This document shows, piece after piece, positions 1-13,127 of a stretch of 60,270 nt of DNA. The notes beneath the pieces are model-generated. The model saw only the letters and a list, made by a program, of their open reading frames with translations, was not told the DNA's origin and did no database searches. Both the position numbers and the translations under genes were made by a program. How positions within the stretch are numbered: position 1 is the first letter of the stretch; each line of letters starts with the position of its first letter. Source of the DNA: a virus; UHGV virus genome UHGV-0335561. The stretch is one strand, 5' to 3'.

Positions 1-2070
<2,070 letters not shown>

Positions 2071-2090
<20 letters not shown>

Positions 2091-3390
2091 TCTCCCGCAT
2101 ATTGCCAGTATGGCCTTTAATGAGCCGCTGATGCTTGAACCCGCCTATGCGCGGGTTTTCTTTTGTGCGCTTGCAGGCCAGCTTGGGATCAGCCGCCTGA
2201 CGGATGCGGTATCCGGCGACAGCCTGACTGCCGGAGAGGCACCCGCGGCGCTGGCGTTATCCGTTGATGATGACGGACCACGACAGGCCCGCAGTTATCA
2301 GGTCATGAACGGCATCGCCGTGCTGCCGGTGTCCGGCACGCTGGTCAGTCGGACGCGAGCGCTGCAGCCGTATTCGGGGATGACCGGTTACAACGGCATT
2401 ATCGCCCGTCTGCAACAGGCTGCCAGCGACCCGATGGTGGACGGCATTCTGCTCGATATGGATACGCCAGGCGGGATGGTGGCAGGGGCATTTGACTGCG
2501 CTGACATCATCGCCCGTGTGCGTGACATAAAGCCGGTATGGGCGCTGGCCAACGACATGAACTGCAGTGCAGGTCAGTTGCTTGCCAGCGCCGCCTCCCG
2601 ACGTCTGGTCACGCAGACCGCCCGGACAGGCTCCATCGGCGTCATGATGGCTCACAGTAATTACGGTGCTGCGCTGGAGAAACAGGGCGTGGAAATCACG
2701 CTGATTTACAGCGGCAGCCATAAGGTGGATGGCAACCCCTACAGCCATCTACCGGATGATGTCCGGGAAACACTGCAGTCCCGGATGGATGCAACCCGCC
2801 GGATGTTTGCACAGAAGGTGTCGGCATATACCGGCCTGTCCGTGCAGGCTGTGCTGGATACCGAGGCTGCAGTGTACAGCGGTCAGGAGGCCATTGATGC
2901 CGGACTGGCTGATGAACTTGTTAACAGTACCGATGCGATCACCGTCATGCGTGATGCACTGGATGCACGTAAATCCCGTCTCTCAGGAGGGCGAATGACC
3001 AAAGAGACTCAATCAACAACTGTTTCAGCCACTGCTTCGCAGGCTGACGTTACTGGCGTGGTGCCAGCGACGGAGGGCGAGAACGCCAGCGCTGCGCAGC
3101 CGGACGTGAACGCGCAGATCACCGCAGCGGTTGCGGCAGAAAACAGTCGCATTATGGGGATCCTCAACTGTGAGGAAGCTCACGGACGCGAAGAACAGGC
3201 ACGCGTGCTGGCCGAAACCCCTGGTATGACCGTGGAAACGGCCCGCCGCATTCTGGCAGTTGCACCACAGAGTGCACAGGCGCGCAGTGACACTGCGCTG
3301 GATCGTCTGATGCAGGGGGCACCGGCACCGCTGGCTGCAGGTAACCTGGCATCTGATGCCGTTAACGATTTGCTGAACACACCAGTGTAA
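2071..3390 (+). CDS. C: capsid assembly protease / minor capsid protein C
   Basis: GTG start; VTAELRNLPHIASMAFNEPLMLEP..., lambda gpC. Confidence 0.93.
2785..3390 (+). CDS. nu3: scaffolding protein Nu3 (in-frame internal start within C)
   Basis: Internal ATG (MDATRRMFAQK...) in C frame, as in lambda. Confidence 0.8.
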   Translation: MDATRRMFAQKVSAYTGLSVQAVLDTEAAVYSGQEAIDAGLADELVNSTDAITVMRDALDARKSRLSGGRMTKETQSTTVSATASQADVTGVVPATEGENASAAQPDVNAQITAAVAAENSRIMGILNCEEAHGREEQARVLAETPGMTVETARRILAVAPQSAQARSDTALDRLMQGAPAPLAAGNLASDAVNDLLNTPV

Positions 3391-3399
3391 GGGATGTTT

Positions 3400-3732
3400 A
3401 TGACGAGCAAAGAAACCTTTACCCATTACCAGCCGCTGGGCAACAGTGACCCGGCTCATACCGCAACCGCGCCCGGCGGATTGAGTGCGAAAGCGCCTGC
3501 AATGACCCCGCTGATGCTGGACACCTCCAGCCGTAAGCTGGTTGCGTGGGATGGCACCACCGACGGTGCTGCCGTTGGCATTCTTGCGGTTGCTGCTGAC
3601 CAGACCAGCACCACGCTGACGTTCTACAAGTCCGGCACGTTCCGTTATGAGGATGTGCTCTGGCCGGAGGCTGCCAGCGACGAGACGAAAAAACGGACCG
3701 CGTTTGCCGGAACGGCAATCAGCATCGTTTAA
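3400..3732 (+). CDS. D: head decoration protein D
   Basis: [27 protein letters not shown]..., lambda gpD. Confidence 0.96.
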   Translation: MTSKETFTHYQPLGNSDPAHTATAPGGLSAKAPAMTPLMLDTSSRKLVAWDGTTDGAAVGILAVAADQTSTTLTFYKSGTFRYEDVLWPEAASDETKKRTAFAGTAISIV

Positions 3733-3787
3733 CTTTACCCTTCATCACTAAAGGCCGCCTGTGCGGCTTTTTTTACGGGATTTTTTT

Positions 3788-4813
3788 ATGTCGATGTACA
3801 CAACCGCCCAGCTGCTGGCGGCAAATGAGCAGAAATTTAAGTTTGATCCGCTGTTTCTGCGTCTCTTTTTCCGTGAGAGCTATCCCTTCACCACGGAGAA
3901 AGTCTATCTCTCACAAATTCCGGGACTGGTAAACATGGCGCTGTACGTTTCGCCGATTGTTTCCGGTGAGGTTATCCGTTCCCGTGGCGGCTCCACCTCT
4001 GAATTTACGCCGGGATATGTCAAGCCGAAGCATGAAGTGAATCCGCAGATGACCCTGCGTCGCCTGCCGGATGAAGATCCGCAGAATCTGGTGGACCCGG
4101 CTTACCGCCGCCGTCGCATCATCATGCAGAACATGCGTGACGAAGAGCTGGCCATTGCTCAGGTCGAAGAGATGCAGGCAGTTTCTGCCGTGCTTAAGGG
4201 CAAATACACCATGACCGGTGAAGCCTTCGATCCGGTTGAGGTGGATATGGGCCGCAGTGAGGAGAATAACATCACGCAGTCCGGCGGCACGGAGTGGAGC
4301 AAGCGTGACAAGTCCACGTATGACCCGACCGACGATATCGAAGCCTACGCGCTGAACGCCAGCGGTGTGGTGAATATCATCGTGTTCGATCCGAAAGGCT
4401 GGGCGCTGTTCCGTTCCTTCAAAGCCGTCAAGGAGAAGCTGGATACCCGTCGTGGTTCTAATTCCGAGCTGGAGACAGCGGTGAAAGACCTGGGTAAAGC
4501 GGTGTCCTATAAGGGGATGTATGGCGATGTGGCCATCGTCGTGTATTCCGGACAGTACGTGGAAAACGGCGTCAAAAAGAACTTCCTGCCGGACAACACG
4601 ATGGTGCTGGGGAACACTCAGGCACGCGGTCTGCGCACCTATGGCTGCATTCAGGATGCGGACGCACAGCTCGAAGGCATTAACGCCTCTGCCCGTTACC
4701 CGAAAAACTGGGTGACCACCGGCGATCCGGCGCGTGAGTTCACCATGATTCAGTCAGCACCGCTGATGCTGCTGGCTGACCCTGATGAGTTCGTGTCCGT
4801 ACAACTGGCGTAA
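3788..4813 (+). CDS. E: major capsid protein E
   Basis: MSMYTTAQLLAANEQKFKFDPLFLRLFFRESYPF..., lambda gpE. Confidence 0.97.
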   Translation: MSMYTTAQLLAANEQKFKFDPLFLRLFFRESYPFTTEKVYLSQIPGLVNMALYVSPIVSGEVIRSRGGSTSEFTPGYVKPKHEVNPQMTLRRLPDEDPQNLVDPAYRRRRIIMQNMRDEELAIAQVEEMQAVSAVLKGKYTMTGEAFDPVEVDMGRSEENNITQSGGTEWSKRDKSTYDPTDDIEAYALNASGVVNIIVFDPKGWALFRSFKAVKEKLDTRRGSNSELETAVKDLGKAVSYKGMYGDVAIVVYSGQYVENGVKKNFLPDNTMVLGNTQARGLRTYGCIQDADAQLEGINASARYPKNWVTTGDPAREFTMIQSAPLMLLADPDEFVSVQLA

Positions 4814-4854
4814 TCATGGCCCTTCGGGGCCATTGTTTCTCTGTGGAGGAGTCC

Positions 4855-5253
4855 ATGACGAAAGATGAACTGATTGCCCGTCTCCGCTCGCTGGGTGAAC
4901 AACTGAACCGTGATGTCAGCCTGACGGGGACGAAAGAAGAACTGGCGCTCCGTGTGGCAGAGCTGGAAGAGGAGCTTGATGACACGGATGAAACTGCCGG
5001 TCAGGACACCCCTCTCAGCCGGGAAAATGTGCTGACCGGACATGAAAATGAGGTGGGATCAGCGCAGCCGGATACCGTGATTCTGGATACGTCTGAACTG
5101 GTCACGGTCGTGGCACTGGTGACGCTGCATACTGATGCACTTCACGCCACGCGGGATGAACCTGTGGCATTTGTGCTTCCGGGAACGGCGTTCCGTGTCT
5201 CTGCCGGTGTGGCAGCCGAAATGACAGAACGTGGCCTGGCCAGAATGCAATAA
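4855..5253 (+). CDS. FI: DNA packaging protein FI
   Basis: MTKDELIARLRSLGEQLNRDVSLTGTKEE...; GGAGGAG RBS upstream. Confidence 0.95.
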   Translation: MTKDELIARLRSLGEQLNRDVSLTGTKEELALRVAELEEELDDTDETAGQDTPLSRENVLTGHENEVGSAQPDTVILDTSELVTVVALVTLHTDALHATRDEPVAFVLPGTAFRVSAGVAAEMTERGLARMQ

Positions 5254-5264
5254 CGGGAGGCGCT

Positions 5265-5618
5265 GTGGCTGATTTCGATAACCTGTTCGATGCTGCCATT
5301 GTCCGCGCCGATGAAACGATACGCGGGTACATGGGAACGTCAGCCACCATGACATCCGGTGAGCAGTCCGGCGCAGTAATACGTGGTGTTTTTGATGACC
5401 CTGAAAATATCAGCTATGCCGGACAGGGCGTGCGCGTTGAAGGCTCCAGCCCGTCCCTGTTTGTCCGGACTGATGATGTGCGGCAGCTGCGGCGCGGCGA
5501 CACGCTGACCATCGGTGAGGAAAACTTCTGGATAGACCGGATTTCGACGGATGATGGCGGAAGCTGTCATCTCTGGCTTGGGCGTGGCGTGCCGCCTGCC
5601 GTTAACCGTCGTCGCTGA
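5265..5618 (+). CDS. FII: head-tail connector FII
   Basis: MADFDNLFDAAIVRADETIRGYMGTSATMT..., lambda gpFII. Confidence 0.96.
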   Translation: MADFDNLFDAAIVRADETIRGYMGTSATMTSGEQSGAVIRGVFDDPENISYAGQGVRVEGSSPSLFVRTDDVRQLRRGDTLTIGEENFWIDRISTDDGGSCHLWLGRGVPPAVNRRR

Positions 5619-5629
5619 AGGGGGGATGT

Positions 5630-6208
5630 ATGGCCATAAAAGGTCTTGAGCAGGCCGTTGAAAACCTCAGCCGTATCAGCAGAACGGCGGTGCCCGGTGC
5701 CGCCGCAATGGCCATTAACCGCGTTGCTTCATCCGCGATATCGCAGTCGGCGTCACAGGTTGCCCGTGAGACAAAGGTACGCCGGAAACTGGTAAAGGAA
5801 AGGGCCAGGCTGAAAAGGGCCACGGTCAAAAATCCGCAGGCCAGAATCAAGGTTAACCGGGGGGATTTGCCCGTAATCAGGCTGGGTAACGCGCGGGTTG
5901 TCCTGTCCCGACGCAGGCGTCGTAAAAAGGGGCAGCGTTCATCCCTGAAAGGTGGCGACAGCGTGCTTGTGGTGGGAAACCGTCGTATTCCCGGCGCGTT
6001 TATTCAGCAACTGAAAAATGGCCGATGGCATGTCATGCAGCGTGTGGCCGGGAAAAACCGTTACCCCATTGATGTGGTGAAAATCCCGATGGCAGTGCCG
6101 CTGACCACGGCGTTTAAACAGAATATTGAGCGGATACGGCGTGAACGTCTTCCGAAAGAGCTGGGCTATGCGCTGCAGCATCAACTGAGGATGGTAATAA
6201 AGCGATGA
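5630..6208 (+). CDS. Z: tail completion protein Z
   Basis: 192 aa, lambda gpZ. Confidence 0.95.
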   Translation: MAIKGLEQAVENLSRISRTAVPGAAAMAINRVASSAISQSASQVARETKVRRKLVKERARLKRATVKNPQARIKVNRGDLPVIRLGNARVVLSRRRRRKKGQRSSLKGGDSVLVVGNRRIPGAFIQQLKNGRWHVMQRVAGKNRYPIDVVKIPMAVPLTTAFKQNIERIRRERLPKELGYALQHQLRMVIKR

Positions 6209-6600
6209 AACATACAGAACTCCGTGCAGCCGTACTGGATGCACTGGAAAAACATGACACCGGGGCGACGCTTTTTGATGGTCGCCCCGCTGTTTTTGAT
6301 GAGGAGGATTTTCCGGCAGTTGCCGTTTATCTCACCGGCGCTGAATACACGGGCGAAGAGCTGGACAGCGATACCTGGCAGGCGGAGCTGCATATTGAAG
6401 TTTTCCTGCCTGCTCAGGTGCCGGATTCAGAGCTGGATTCGTGGATGGAGTCCCGGATTTATCCGGTGATGAGCGATGTCCCGGCACTGTCAGATTTGAT
6501 CACCAGTATGGTGGCCAGTGGCTATGACTACCGGCGCGACGATGATGCGGGCCTGTGGAGTTCAGCCGATCTGACTTATGTCATTACCTATGAAATGTGA
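6205..6600 (+). CDS. U: tail terminator protein U
   Basis: 131 aa [26 protein letters not shown]..., lambda gpU. Confidence 0.95.
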   Translation: MKHTELRAAVLDALEKHDTGATLFDGRPAVFDEEDFPAVAVYLTGAEYTGEELDSDTWQAELHIEVFLPAQVPDSELDSWMESRIYPVMSDVPALSDLITSMVASGYDYRRDDDAGLWSSADLTYVITYEM

Positions 6601-6607
6601 GGACGAT

Positions 6608-7348
6608 ATGCCTGTACCAAATCCAGTAATGCCGGTGAAAGGGGCCGGGACCACCCTGTGGGTTTATAAGGGGAACGGTGACCCTTATGCGAACCCGCTT
6701 TCAGACGTTGACTGGTCGCGTCTGGCTAAAGTTAAAGACCTGACGCCCGGCGAACTGAGCGCTGAGTCCTATGACGACAGCTATCTCGATGATGAAGATG
6801 CGGACTGGACTGCGACCGGGCAGGGGCAGAAATCTGCCGGAGATACCAGCTTCACGCTGGCGTGGATGCCCGGAGAGCAGGGGCAGCAGGCGCTGCTGGC
6901 GTGGTTTAATGAAGGGGATACCCGTGCCTATAAAATCCGCTTCCCGAACGGCACGGTCGATGTGTTCCGCGGCTGGGTCAGCAGTATCGGTAAGGCGGTG
7001 ACGGCGAAGGAAGTGATCACCCGCACGGTGAAAGTCACCAACGTGGGACGTCCGTCGATGGCAGAAGATCGCAGCACGGTGACGGCGACAACCGGCATGA
7101 CGGTGACACCCGCCAGTGCTTCCGTAGTGAAAGGGCAGAGCACTACGCTGACCGTGGCATTCCAGCCGGAGGGCGCAACCGACAAGAGCTTCCGTGCGGT
7201 GTCTGCGGATAAAACAAAAGCCACCGTGTCGGTCAGCGGTATGACCATCACCGTGAACGGCGTTGCTGCAGGCAAGGTCAACATTCCGGTTGTATCCGGT
7301 AATGGTGAGTTTGCTGCGGTTGCAGAAATCACCGTCACCGCCAGTTAA
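6608..7348 (+). CDS. V: major tail protein V (with C-terminal Ig-like domain)
   Basis: [22 protein letters not shown]..., lambda gpV with a few substitutions. Confidence 0.96.
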   Translation: MPVPNPVMPVKGAGTTLWVYKGNGDPYANPLSDVDWSRLAKVKDLTPGELSAESYDDSYLDDEDADWTATGQGQKSAGDTSFTLAWMPGEQGQQALLAWFNEGDTRAYKIRFPNGTVDVFRGWVSSIGKAVTAKEVITRTVKVTNVGRPSMAEDRSTVTATTGMTVTPASASVVKGQSTTLTVAFQPEGATDKSFRAVSADKTKATVSVSGMTITVNGVAAGKVNIPVVSGNGEFAAVAEITVTAS

Positions 7349-7363
7349 TCCGGAGAGTCAGCG

Positions 7364-7786
7364 ATGTTCCTGAAAACCGAATCATTTGAATATAACGGCG
7401 TGACCGTCACGCTTTCTGAACTGTCAGCCCTGCAGCGTATTGAGCATCTTGCCCTGATGAAACGGCAGGCAGAACCGGCGGGATCCGACAGCAACCGGCA
7501 GGTTACTGTGGAAGACGTCATCAGAACCGGCGCGTTTCTGGTGGCGATGTCCCTGTGGCATAACCATCCGAAGAAGACGCAGATGCCGTCCATGAATGAA
7601 GCCGTTAAACAGATTGAGCAGGAAGTGCTTACCACCTGGCCCACAGAGGCAATTTCTCATGCTGAAAACGTGGTGTACCGGCTGTCCGGTATGTATGAGT
7701 TTGTGGTGAATAATGCCCCCGAACAGGCAGAGGACGCCGGGCCTGCAGAGCCTGTTTCTGCGGGAAAGTGTTCGACGGTGAGCTGA
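7364..7786 (+). CDS. G: tail assembly chaperone G
   Basis: 140 aa, lambda gpG. Confidence 0.95.
   Translation: MFLKTESFEYNGVTVTLSELSALQRIEHLALMKRQAEPAGSDSNRQVTVEDVIRTGAFLVAMSLWHNHPKKTQMPSMNEAVKQIEQEVLTTWPTEAISHAENVVYRLSGMYEFVVNNAPEQAEDAGPAEPVSAGKCSTVS
7762..7768 (+). promoter_or_regulatory. -1 programmed ribosomal frameshift slippery heptamer GGGAAAG (G to G-T)
   Basis: G GGA AAG in the G/T overlap, identical to the lambda site. Confidence 0.85.
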
Positions 7787-8202
7787 GTTTTGCCCTGAAA
7801 CTGGCGCGTGAGATGGGGCGACCCGACTGGCGTGCCATGCTTGCCGGGATGTCATCCACGGAGTATGCCGACTGGCACCGCTTTTACAGTACCCATTATT
7901 TTCATGATGTTCTGCTGGATATGCACTTTTCCGGGCTGACGTACACCGTGCTCAGCCTGTTTTTCAGCGATCCGGATATGCATCCGCTGGATTTCAGTCT
8001 GCTGAACCGGCGCGAGGCTGACGAAGAGCCTGAAGATGATGTGCTGATGCAGAAAGCGGCAGGGCTTGCCGGAGGTGTCCGCTTTGGCCCGGACGGGAAT
8101 GAAGTTATCCCCGCTTCCCCGGATGTGGCGGACATGACGGAGGATGACGTAATGCTGATGACAGTATCAGAAGGGATCGCAGGAGGAGTCCGGTATGGCT
8201 GA
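7768..8202 (+). CDS. T: tail assembly chaperone T segment (made as a G-T fusion by -1 frameshift)
   Basis: -1 frame relative to G; MFDGELSFALKLAREMGRPDWRAML..., lambda gpT. Confidence 0.9.
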   Translation: MFDGELSFALKLAREMGRPDWRAMLAGMSSTEYADWHRFYSTHYFHDVLLDMHFSGLTYTVLSLFFSDPDMHPLDFSLLNRREADEEPEDDVLMQKAAGLAGGVRFGPDGNEVIPASPDVADMTEDDVMLMTVSEGIAGGVRYG

Positions 8203-10756
8203 ACCGGTAGGCGATCTGGTCGTTGATTTGAGTCTGGATGCGGCCAGATTTGACGAGCAGATGGCCAGAGTCAGGCGTCATTTTTCCGGTACGGAAAGTG
8301 ATGCGAAAAAAACAGCGGCAGTCGTTGAACAGTCGCTGAGCCGACAGGCGCTGGCTGCACAGAAAGCGGGGATTTCCGTCGGGCAGTATAAAGCCGCCAT
8401 GCGTATGCTGCCTGCACAGTTCACCGACGTGGCCACGCAGCTTGCAGGCGGGCAAAGTCCGTGGCTGATCCTGCTGCAACAGGGGGGGCAGGTGAAGGAC
8501 TCCTTCGGCGGGATGATCCCCATGTTCAGGGGGCTTGCCGGTGCGATCACCCTGCCGATGGTGGGGGCCACCTCGCTGGCGGTGGCGACCGGTGCGCTGG
8601 CGTATGCCTGGTATCAGGGCAACTCAACCCTGTCCGATTTCAACAAAACGCTGGTCCTTTCCGGCAATCAGGCGGGTCTGACGGCAGATCGTATGCTGGT
8701 CCTGTCCAGAGCCGGGCAGGCGGCAGGGCTGACGTTTAACCAGACCAGCGAGTCACTCAGCGCACTGGTTAAGGCGGGGGTAAGCGGTGAGGCTCAGATT
8801 GCGTCCATCAGCCAGAGTGTGGCGCGTTTCTCCTCTGCATCCGGCGTGGAGGTGGACAAGGTCGCTGAAGCCTTCGGGAAGCTGACCACAGACCCGACGT
8901 CGGGGCTGACGGCGATGGCACGCCAGTTCCATAACGTGACGGCGGAGCAGATTGCGTATGTTGCTCAGTTGCAGCGTTCCGGCGATGAAGCCGGGGCATT
9001 GCAGGCGGCGAACGAGGCCGCAACGAAAGGGTTTGATGACCAGACCCGCCGCCTGAAAGAGAACATGGGCACGCTGGAGACCTGGGCAGACAGGACTGCG
9101 CGGGCATTCAAATCCATGTGGGATGCGGTGCTGGATATTGGTCGTCCTGATACCGCGCAGGAGATGCTGATTAAGGCAGAGGCTGCGTTTAAGAAAGCAG
9201 ACGACATCTGGAATCTGCGCAAGGATGATTATTTTGTTAACGATGAAGCGCGGGCGCGTTACTGGGATGATCGTGAAAAGGCCCGTCTTGCGCTTGAAGC
9301 CGCCCGAAAGAAGGCTGAACAGCAGAGTCAACAGGACAAAAATGCGCAGCAGCAGAGCGATACCGAAGCGTCACGGCTGAAATATACCGAAGAGGCGCAG
9401 AAGGCTTACGAACGGCTGCAGACGCCGCTGGAGAAATATGCCGCCCGTCAGGAAGAACTGAATAAGGCCCTGAAAGACGGAAAAATCCTGCAGGCAGATT
9501 ACAACACGCTGATGGCGGCAGCGAAAAAGGACTATGAAACGACACTGAAAAAGCCGAAGCAGTCCGGCGTGAAGGTGTCTGCGGGCGATCGTCAGGAAGA
9601 CAGTGCTCATGCTGCCCTGCTGACGCTTCAGGCTGAACTCCGGACGCTGGAGAAGCATGCCGGAGCAAATGAGAAAATCAGCCAGCAGCGCCGGGATTTG
9701 TGGAAGGCGGAGAGTCAGTTCGCGGTACTGGAGGAGGCGGCGCAACGTCGCCAGCTGTCTGTACAGGAGAAATCCCTGCTGGCGCATAAAGATGAGACGC
9801 TGGAGTACAAACGCCAGCTGGCTGCACTTGGCGACAAGGTTACGTATCAGGAGCGCCTGAACGCGCTGGCGCAGCAGGCGGATAAATTCGCACAGCAGCA
9901 ACGGGCAAAACGGGCCGCCATTGATGCGAAAAGCCGGGGGCTGACTGACCGGCAGGCAGAACGGGAAGCCACGGAACAGCGCCTGAAGGAACAGTATGGC
10001 GATAATCCGCTGGCGCTGAATAACGTCATGTCAGAGCAGAAAAAGACCTGGGCGGCTGAAGACCAGCTTCGCGGGAACTGGATGGCAGGCCTGAAGTCCG
10101 GCTGGAGTGAGTGGGAAGAGAGCGCCACGGACAGTATGTCGCAGGTAAAAAGTGCAGCCACGCAGACCTTTGATGGTATTGCACAGAATATGGCGGCGAT
10201 GCTGACCGGCAGTGAGCAGAACTGGCGCAGCTTCACCCGTTCCGTGCTGTCCATGATGACAGAAATTCTGCTTAAGCAGGCAATGGTGGGGATTGTCGGG
10301 AGTATCGGCAGCGCCATTGGCGGGGCTGTTGGTGGCGGCGCATCCGCGTCAGGCGGTACAGCCATTCAGGCCGCTGCGGCGAAATTCCATTTTGCAACCG
10401 GAGGATTTACGGGAACCGGCGGCAAATATGAGCCAGCGGGGATTGTTCACCGTGGTGAGTTTGTCTTCACGAAGGAGGCAACCAGCCGGATTGGCGTGGG
10501 GAATCTTTACCGGCTGATGCGCGGCTATGCCACCGGCGGTTATGTCGGTACACCGGGCAGCATGGCAGACAGCCGGTCGCAGGCGTCCGGGACGTTTGAG
10601 CAGAATAACCATGTGGTGATTAACAACGACGGCACGAACGGGCAGATAGGTCCGGCTGCTCTGAAGGCGGTGTATGACATGGCCCGCAAGGGTGCCCGTG
10701 ATGAAATTCAGACACAGATGCGTGATGGTGGCCTGTTCTCCGGAGGTGGACGATGA
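8195..10756 (+). CDS. H: tail tape measure protein H
   Basis: 853 aa, lambda gpH. Confidence 0.97.
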   Translation: MAEPVGDLVVDLSLDAARFDEQMARVRRHFSGTESDAKKTAAVVEQSLSRQALAAQKAGISVGQYKAAMRMLPAQFTDVATQLAGGQSPWLILLQQGGQVKDSFGGMIPMFRGLAGAITLPMVGATSLAVATGALAYAWYQGNSTLSDFNKTLVLSGNQAGLTADRMLVLSRAGQAAGLTFNQTSESLSALVKAGVSGEAQIASISQSVARFSSASGVEVDKVAEAFGKLTTDPTSGLTAMARQFHNVTAEQIAYVAQLQRSGDEAGALQAANEAATKGFDDQTRRLKENMGTLETWADRTARAFKSMWDAVLDIGRPDTAQEMLIKAEAAFKKADDIWNLRKDDYFVNDEARARYWDDREKARLALEAARKKAEQQSQQDKNAQQQSDTEASRLKYTEEAQKAYERLQTPLEKYAARQEELNKALKDGKILQADYNTLMAAAKKDYETTLKKPKQSGVKVSAGDRQEDSAHAALLTLQAELRTLEKHAGANEKISQQRRDLWKAESQFAVLEEAAQRRQLSVQEKSLLAHKDETLEYKRQLAALGDKVTYQERLNALAQQADKFAQQQRAKRAAIDAKSRGLTDRQAEREATEQRLKEQYGDNPLALNNVMSEQKKTWAAEDQLRGNWMAGLKSGWSEWEESATDSMSQVKSAATQTFDGIAQNMAAMLTGSEQNWRSFTRSVLSMMTEILLKQAMVGIVGSIGSAIGGAVGGGASASGGTAIQAAAAKFHFATGGFTGTGGKYEPAGIVHRGEFVFTKEATSRIGVGNLYRLMRGYATGGYVGTPGSMADSRSQASGTFEQNNHVVINNDGTNGQIGPAALKAVYDMARKGARDEIQTQMRDGGLFSGGGR

Positions 10757-11082
10757 AGACCTTCCGCTGGAAAGTGAAACCCGGTATGGATGTGGCTTCG
10801 GTCCCTTCTGTAAGAAAGGTGCGCTTTGGTGATGGCTATTCTCAGCGAGCGCCTGCCGGGCTGAATGCCAACCTGAAAACGTACAGCGTGACGCTTTCTG
10901 TCCCCCGTGAGGAGGCCACGGTACTGGAGTCGTTTCTGGAAGAGCACGGGGGCTGGAAATCCTTTCTGTGGACGCCGCCTTATGAGTGGCAGCAGATAAA
11001 GGTGACCTGCGCAAAATGGTCGTCGCGGGTCAGTATGCTGCGTGTTGAGTTCAGCGCAGAGTTTGAACAGGTGGTGAACTGA
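10753..11082 (+). CDS. M: tail tip assembly protein M
   Basis: 109 aa, lambda gpM. Confidence 0.95.
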   Translation: MKTFRWKVKPGMDVASVPSVRKVRFGDGYSQRAPAGLNANLKTYSVTLSVPREEATVLESFLEEHGGWKSFLWTPPYEWQQIKVTCAKWSSRVSMLRVEFSAEFEQVVN

Positions 11083-11780
11083 TGCAGGATATCCGGCAGG
11101 AAACACTGAATGAATGCACCCGTGCGGAGCAGTCGGCCAGCGTGGTGCTCTGGGAAATCGACCTGACAGAGGTCGGTGGAGAACGTTATTTTTTCTGTAA
11201 TGAGCAGAACGAAAAAGGTGAGCCGGTCACCTGGCAGGGGCGACAGTATCAGCCGTATCCCATTCAGGGGAGCGGTTTTGAACTGAATGGCAAAGGCACC
11301 AGTACGCGCCCCACGCTGACGGTTTCTAACCTGTACGGTATGGTCACCGGGATGGCGGAAGATCTGCAGAGTCTGGTCGGCGGAACGGTGGTCCGGCGTA
11401 AGGTTTACGCCCGTTTTCTGGATGCGGTGAACTTCGTCAACGGAAACAGTTATGCCGATCCGGAGCAGGAGGTGATCAGCCGCTGGCGCATTGAGCAGTG
11501 CAGCGAACTGAGCGCGGTGAGTGCCTCCTTTGTACTGTCCACGCCGACGGAAACGGATGGCGCTGTTTTTCCGGGACGTATCATGCTGGCCAACACCTGC
11601 ACCTGGACCTATCGCGGTGACGAGTGCGGTTATAGCGGTCCGGCTGTCGCGGATGAATATGACCAGCCAACGTCCGATATCACGAAGGATAAATGCAGCA
11701 AATGCCTGAGCGGTTGTAAGTTCCGCAATAACGTCGGCAACTTTGGCGGCTTCCTTTCCATTAACAAACTTTCGCAGTAA
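11082..11780 (+). CDS. L: tail tip protein L
   Basis: 232 aa, lambda gpL; Cys-rich C-terminus. Confidence 0.95.
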   Translation: MQDIRQETLNECTRAEQSASVVLWEIDLTEVGGERYFFCNEQNEKGEPVTWQGRQYQPYPIQGSGFELNGKGTSTRPTLTVSNLYGMVTGMAEDLQSLVGGTVVRRKVYARFLDAVNFVNGNSYADPEQEVISRWRIEQCSELSAVSASFVLSTPTETDGAVFPGRIMLANTCTWTYRGDECGYSGPAVADEYDQPTSDITKDKCSKCLSGCKFRNNVGNFGGFLSINKLSQ

Positions 11781-11784
11781 TCCC

Positions 11785-12528
11785 ATGACACAGACAGAAT
11801 CAGCGATTCTGGCGCACGCCCGGCGATGTGCGCCAGCGGAGTCGTGTGGCTTCGTGGTGAGAACGCCGAAGGGGGAAAGATATTTTCCCTGCGTGAATAT
11901 CTCCGGTGAGCCGGAGGCGTATTTCCGGATGTCGCCGGAGGACTGGCTGCGGGCAGAGATGCAGGGTGAGATTGTGGCGCTGGTCCACAGCCACCCCGGT
12001 GGTCTGCCCTGGCTGAGTGAGGCTGACAGGCGGCTGCAGGTGCAGAGCGATTTGCCGTGGTGGCTGGTCTGCCGGGGTGAGATTCATAAATTCCGCTGTG
12101 TGCCGCATCTTACCGGGCGGTGCTTTGAGCACGGGGTGACGGACTGTTACACGCTGTTCCGGGATGCTTATCATCTGGCGGGGATTGAGATGCCGGATTT
12201 TCATCGCGGGGATGACTGGTGGCGTCACGGTCAGAATCTCTATCTGGATAATCTGGAGGCCACAGGGCTGTATCAGGTGCCGTTGTCATCAGCACAACCG
12301 GGCGATGTGCTGCTGTGCTGTTTTGGTTCATCGGTGCCGAATCATGCCGCCATTTACTGTGGTGATGGCGAGCTGCTGCACCATATTCCTGAACAACTGA
12401 GCAAACGAGAGAGGTATACCGACAAATGGCAGCGACGCACACACTCCCTCTGGCGTCACCGGGCATGGCGCGCATCTGCCTTTACGGGGATTTACAACGA
12501 TTTGGCCGCCGCATCGACCTTCGTGTGA
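11785..12528 (+). CDS. K: tail tip assembly protein K (JAB/MPN and NlpC/P60-like)
   Basis: MTQTESAILAHARRCAPAESCGF... HSHPGG motif, lambda gpK. Confidence 0.93.
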   Translation: MTQTESAILAHARRCAPAESCGFVVRTPKGERYFPCVNISGEPEAYFRMSPEDWLRAEMQGEIVALVHSHPGGLPWLSEADRRLQVQSDLPWWLVCRGEIHKFRCVPHLTGRCFEHGVTDCYTLFRDAYHLAGIEMPDFHRGDDWWRHGQNLYLDNLEATGLYQVPLSSAQPGDVLLCCFGSSVPNHAAIYCGDGELLHHIPEQLSKRERYTDKWQRRTHSLWRHRAWRASAFTGIYNDLAAASTFV

Positions 12529-13067
12529 AAACGGGGGCTGAAGCCATCCGGGCGCTGGCCACACAGCTCCCGGCGTTTCGTCAGAAACTGAGCGACGGCT
12601 GGTATCAGGTACGGATTGCCGGGCGTGATACAGGTGAAACGGAATTATCAGCCCGTCTTAATGAACCGCTGGCAAATGGTGCTGTGATCCATATCGTGCC
12701 GCGTCTGGCAGGAGCCAAAAGTGGCGGTGTGTTTCAGGCTGTGCTGGGGGCGGCTGTTATGGCGGTTGCTATATGGATGCCGGGGGTAGGAATTATGGCG
12801 AGTAATCTGCTGTTTTCTCTCGGTGCCAGTATGACGCTTGGCGGTGTTGCACAGATGCTGGCCCCTAAACCCAGAACCCCCCGCACACAGACAACGGATA
12901 ACGGCAAACAGAACACCTATTTTTCTTCACTGGATAATATGGTTGCCCAGGGCAATGTTCTGCCCGTTCTGTACGGTGAAATGCGCGTGGGATCACGTGT
13001 GGTATCTCAGGAGATCAGCACAGCAGATGAAGGTGATGGTGGTCAGGTTGTGGTGATTGGTCGCTGA
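12426..13067 (+). CDS. I: tail tip assembly protein I
   Basis: 213 aa; lambda gpI with a roughly 10-aa internal difference. Confidence 0.93.
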   Translation: MAATHTLPLASPGMARICLYGDLQRFGRRIDLRVKTGAEAIRALATQLPAFRQKLSDGWYQVRIAGRDTGETELSARLNEPLANGAVIHIVPRLAGAKSGGVFQAVLGAAVMAVAIWMPGVGIMASNLLFSLGASMTLGGVAQMLAPKPRTPRTQTTDNGKQNTYFSSLDNMVAQGNVLPVLYGEMRVGSRVVSQEISTADEGDGGQVVVIGR

Positions 13068-13127
13068 TGAAAAACGTTTTATGTGAAACCGCCTCCGGGC
13101 GGTTTTATCGTTTATGGAGCATGACGA

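Noticed and set aside
8753-11786. Long antisense ORFs inside lambda-like H, M and L (for example 8753-9331, 9371-9901, 10349-11014, 10980-11786)
   Set aside because: Shadow ORFs opposite well-supported genes; no RBS or homology support.
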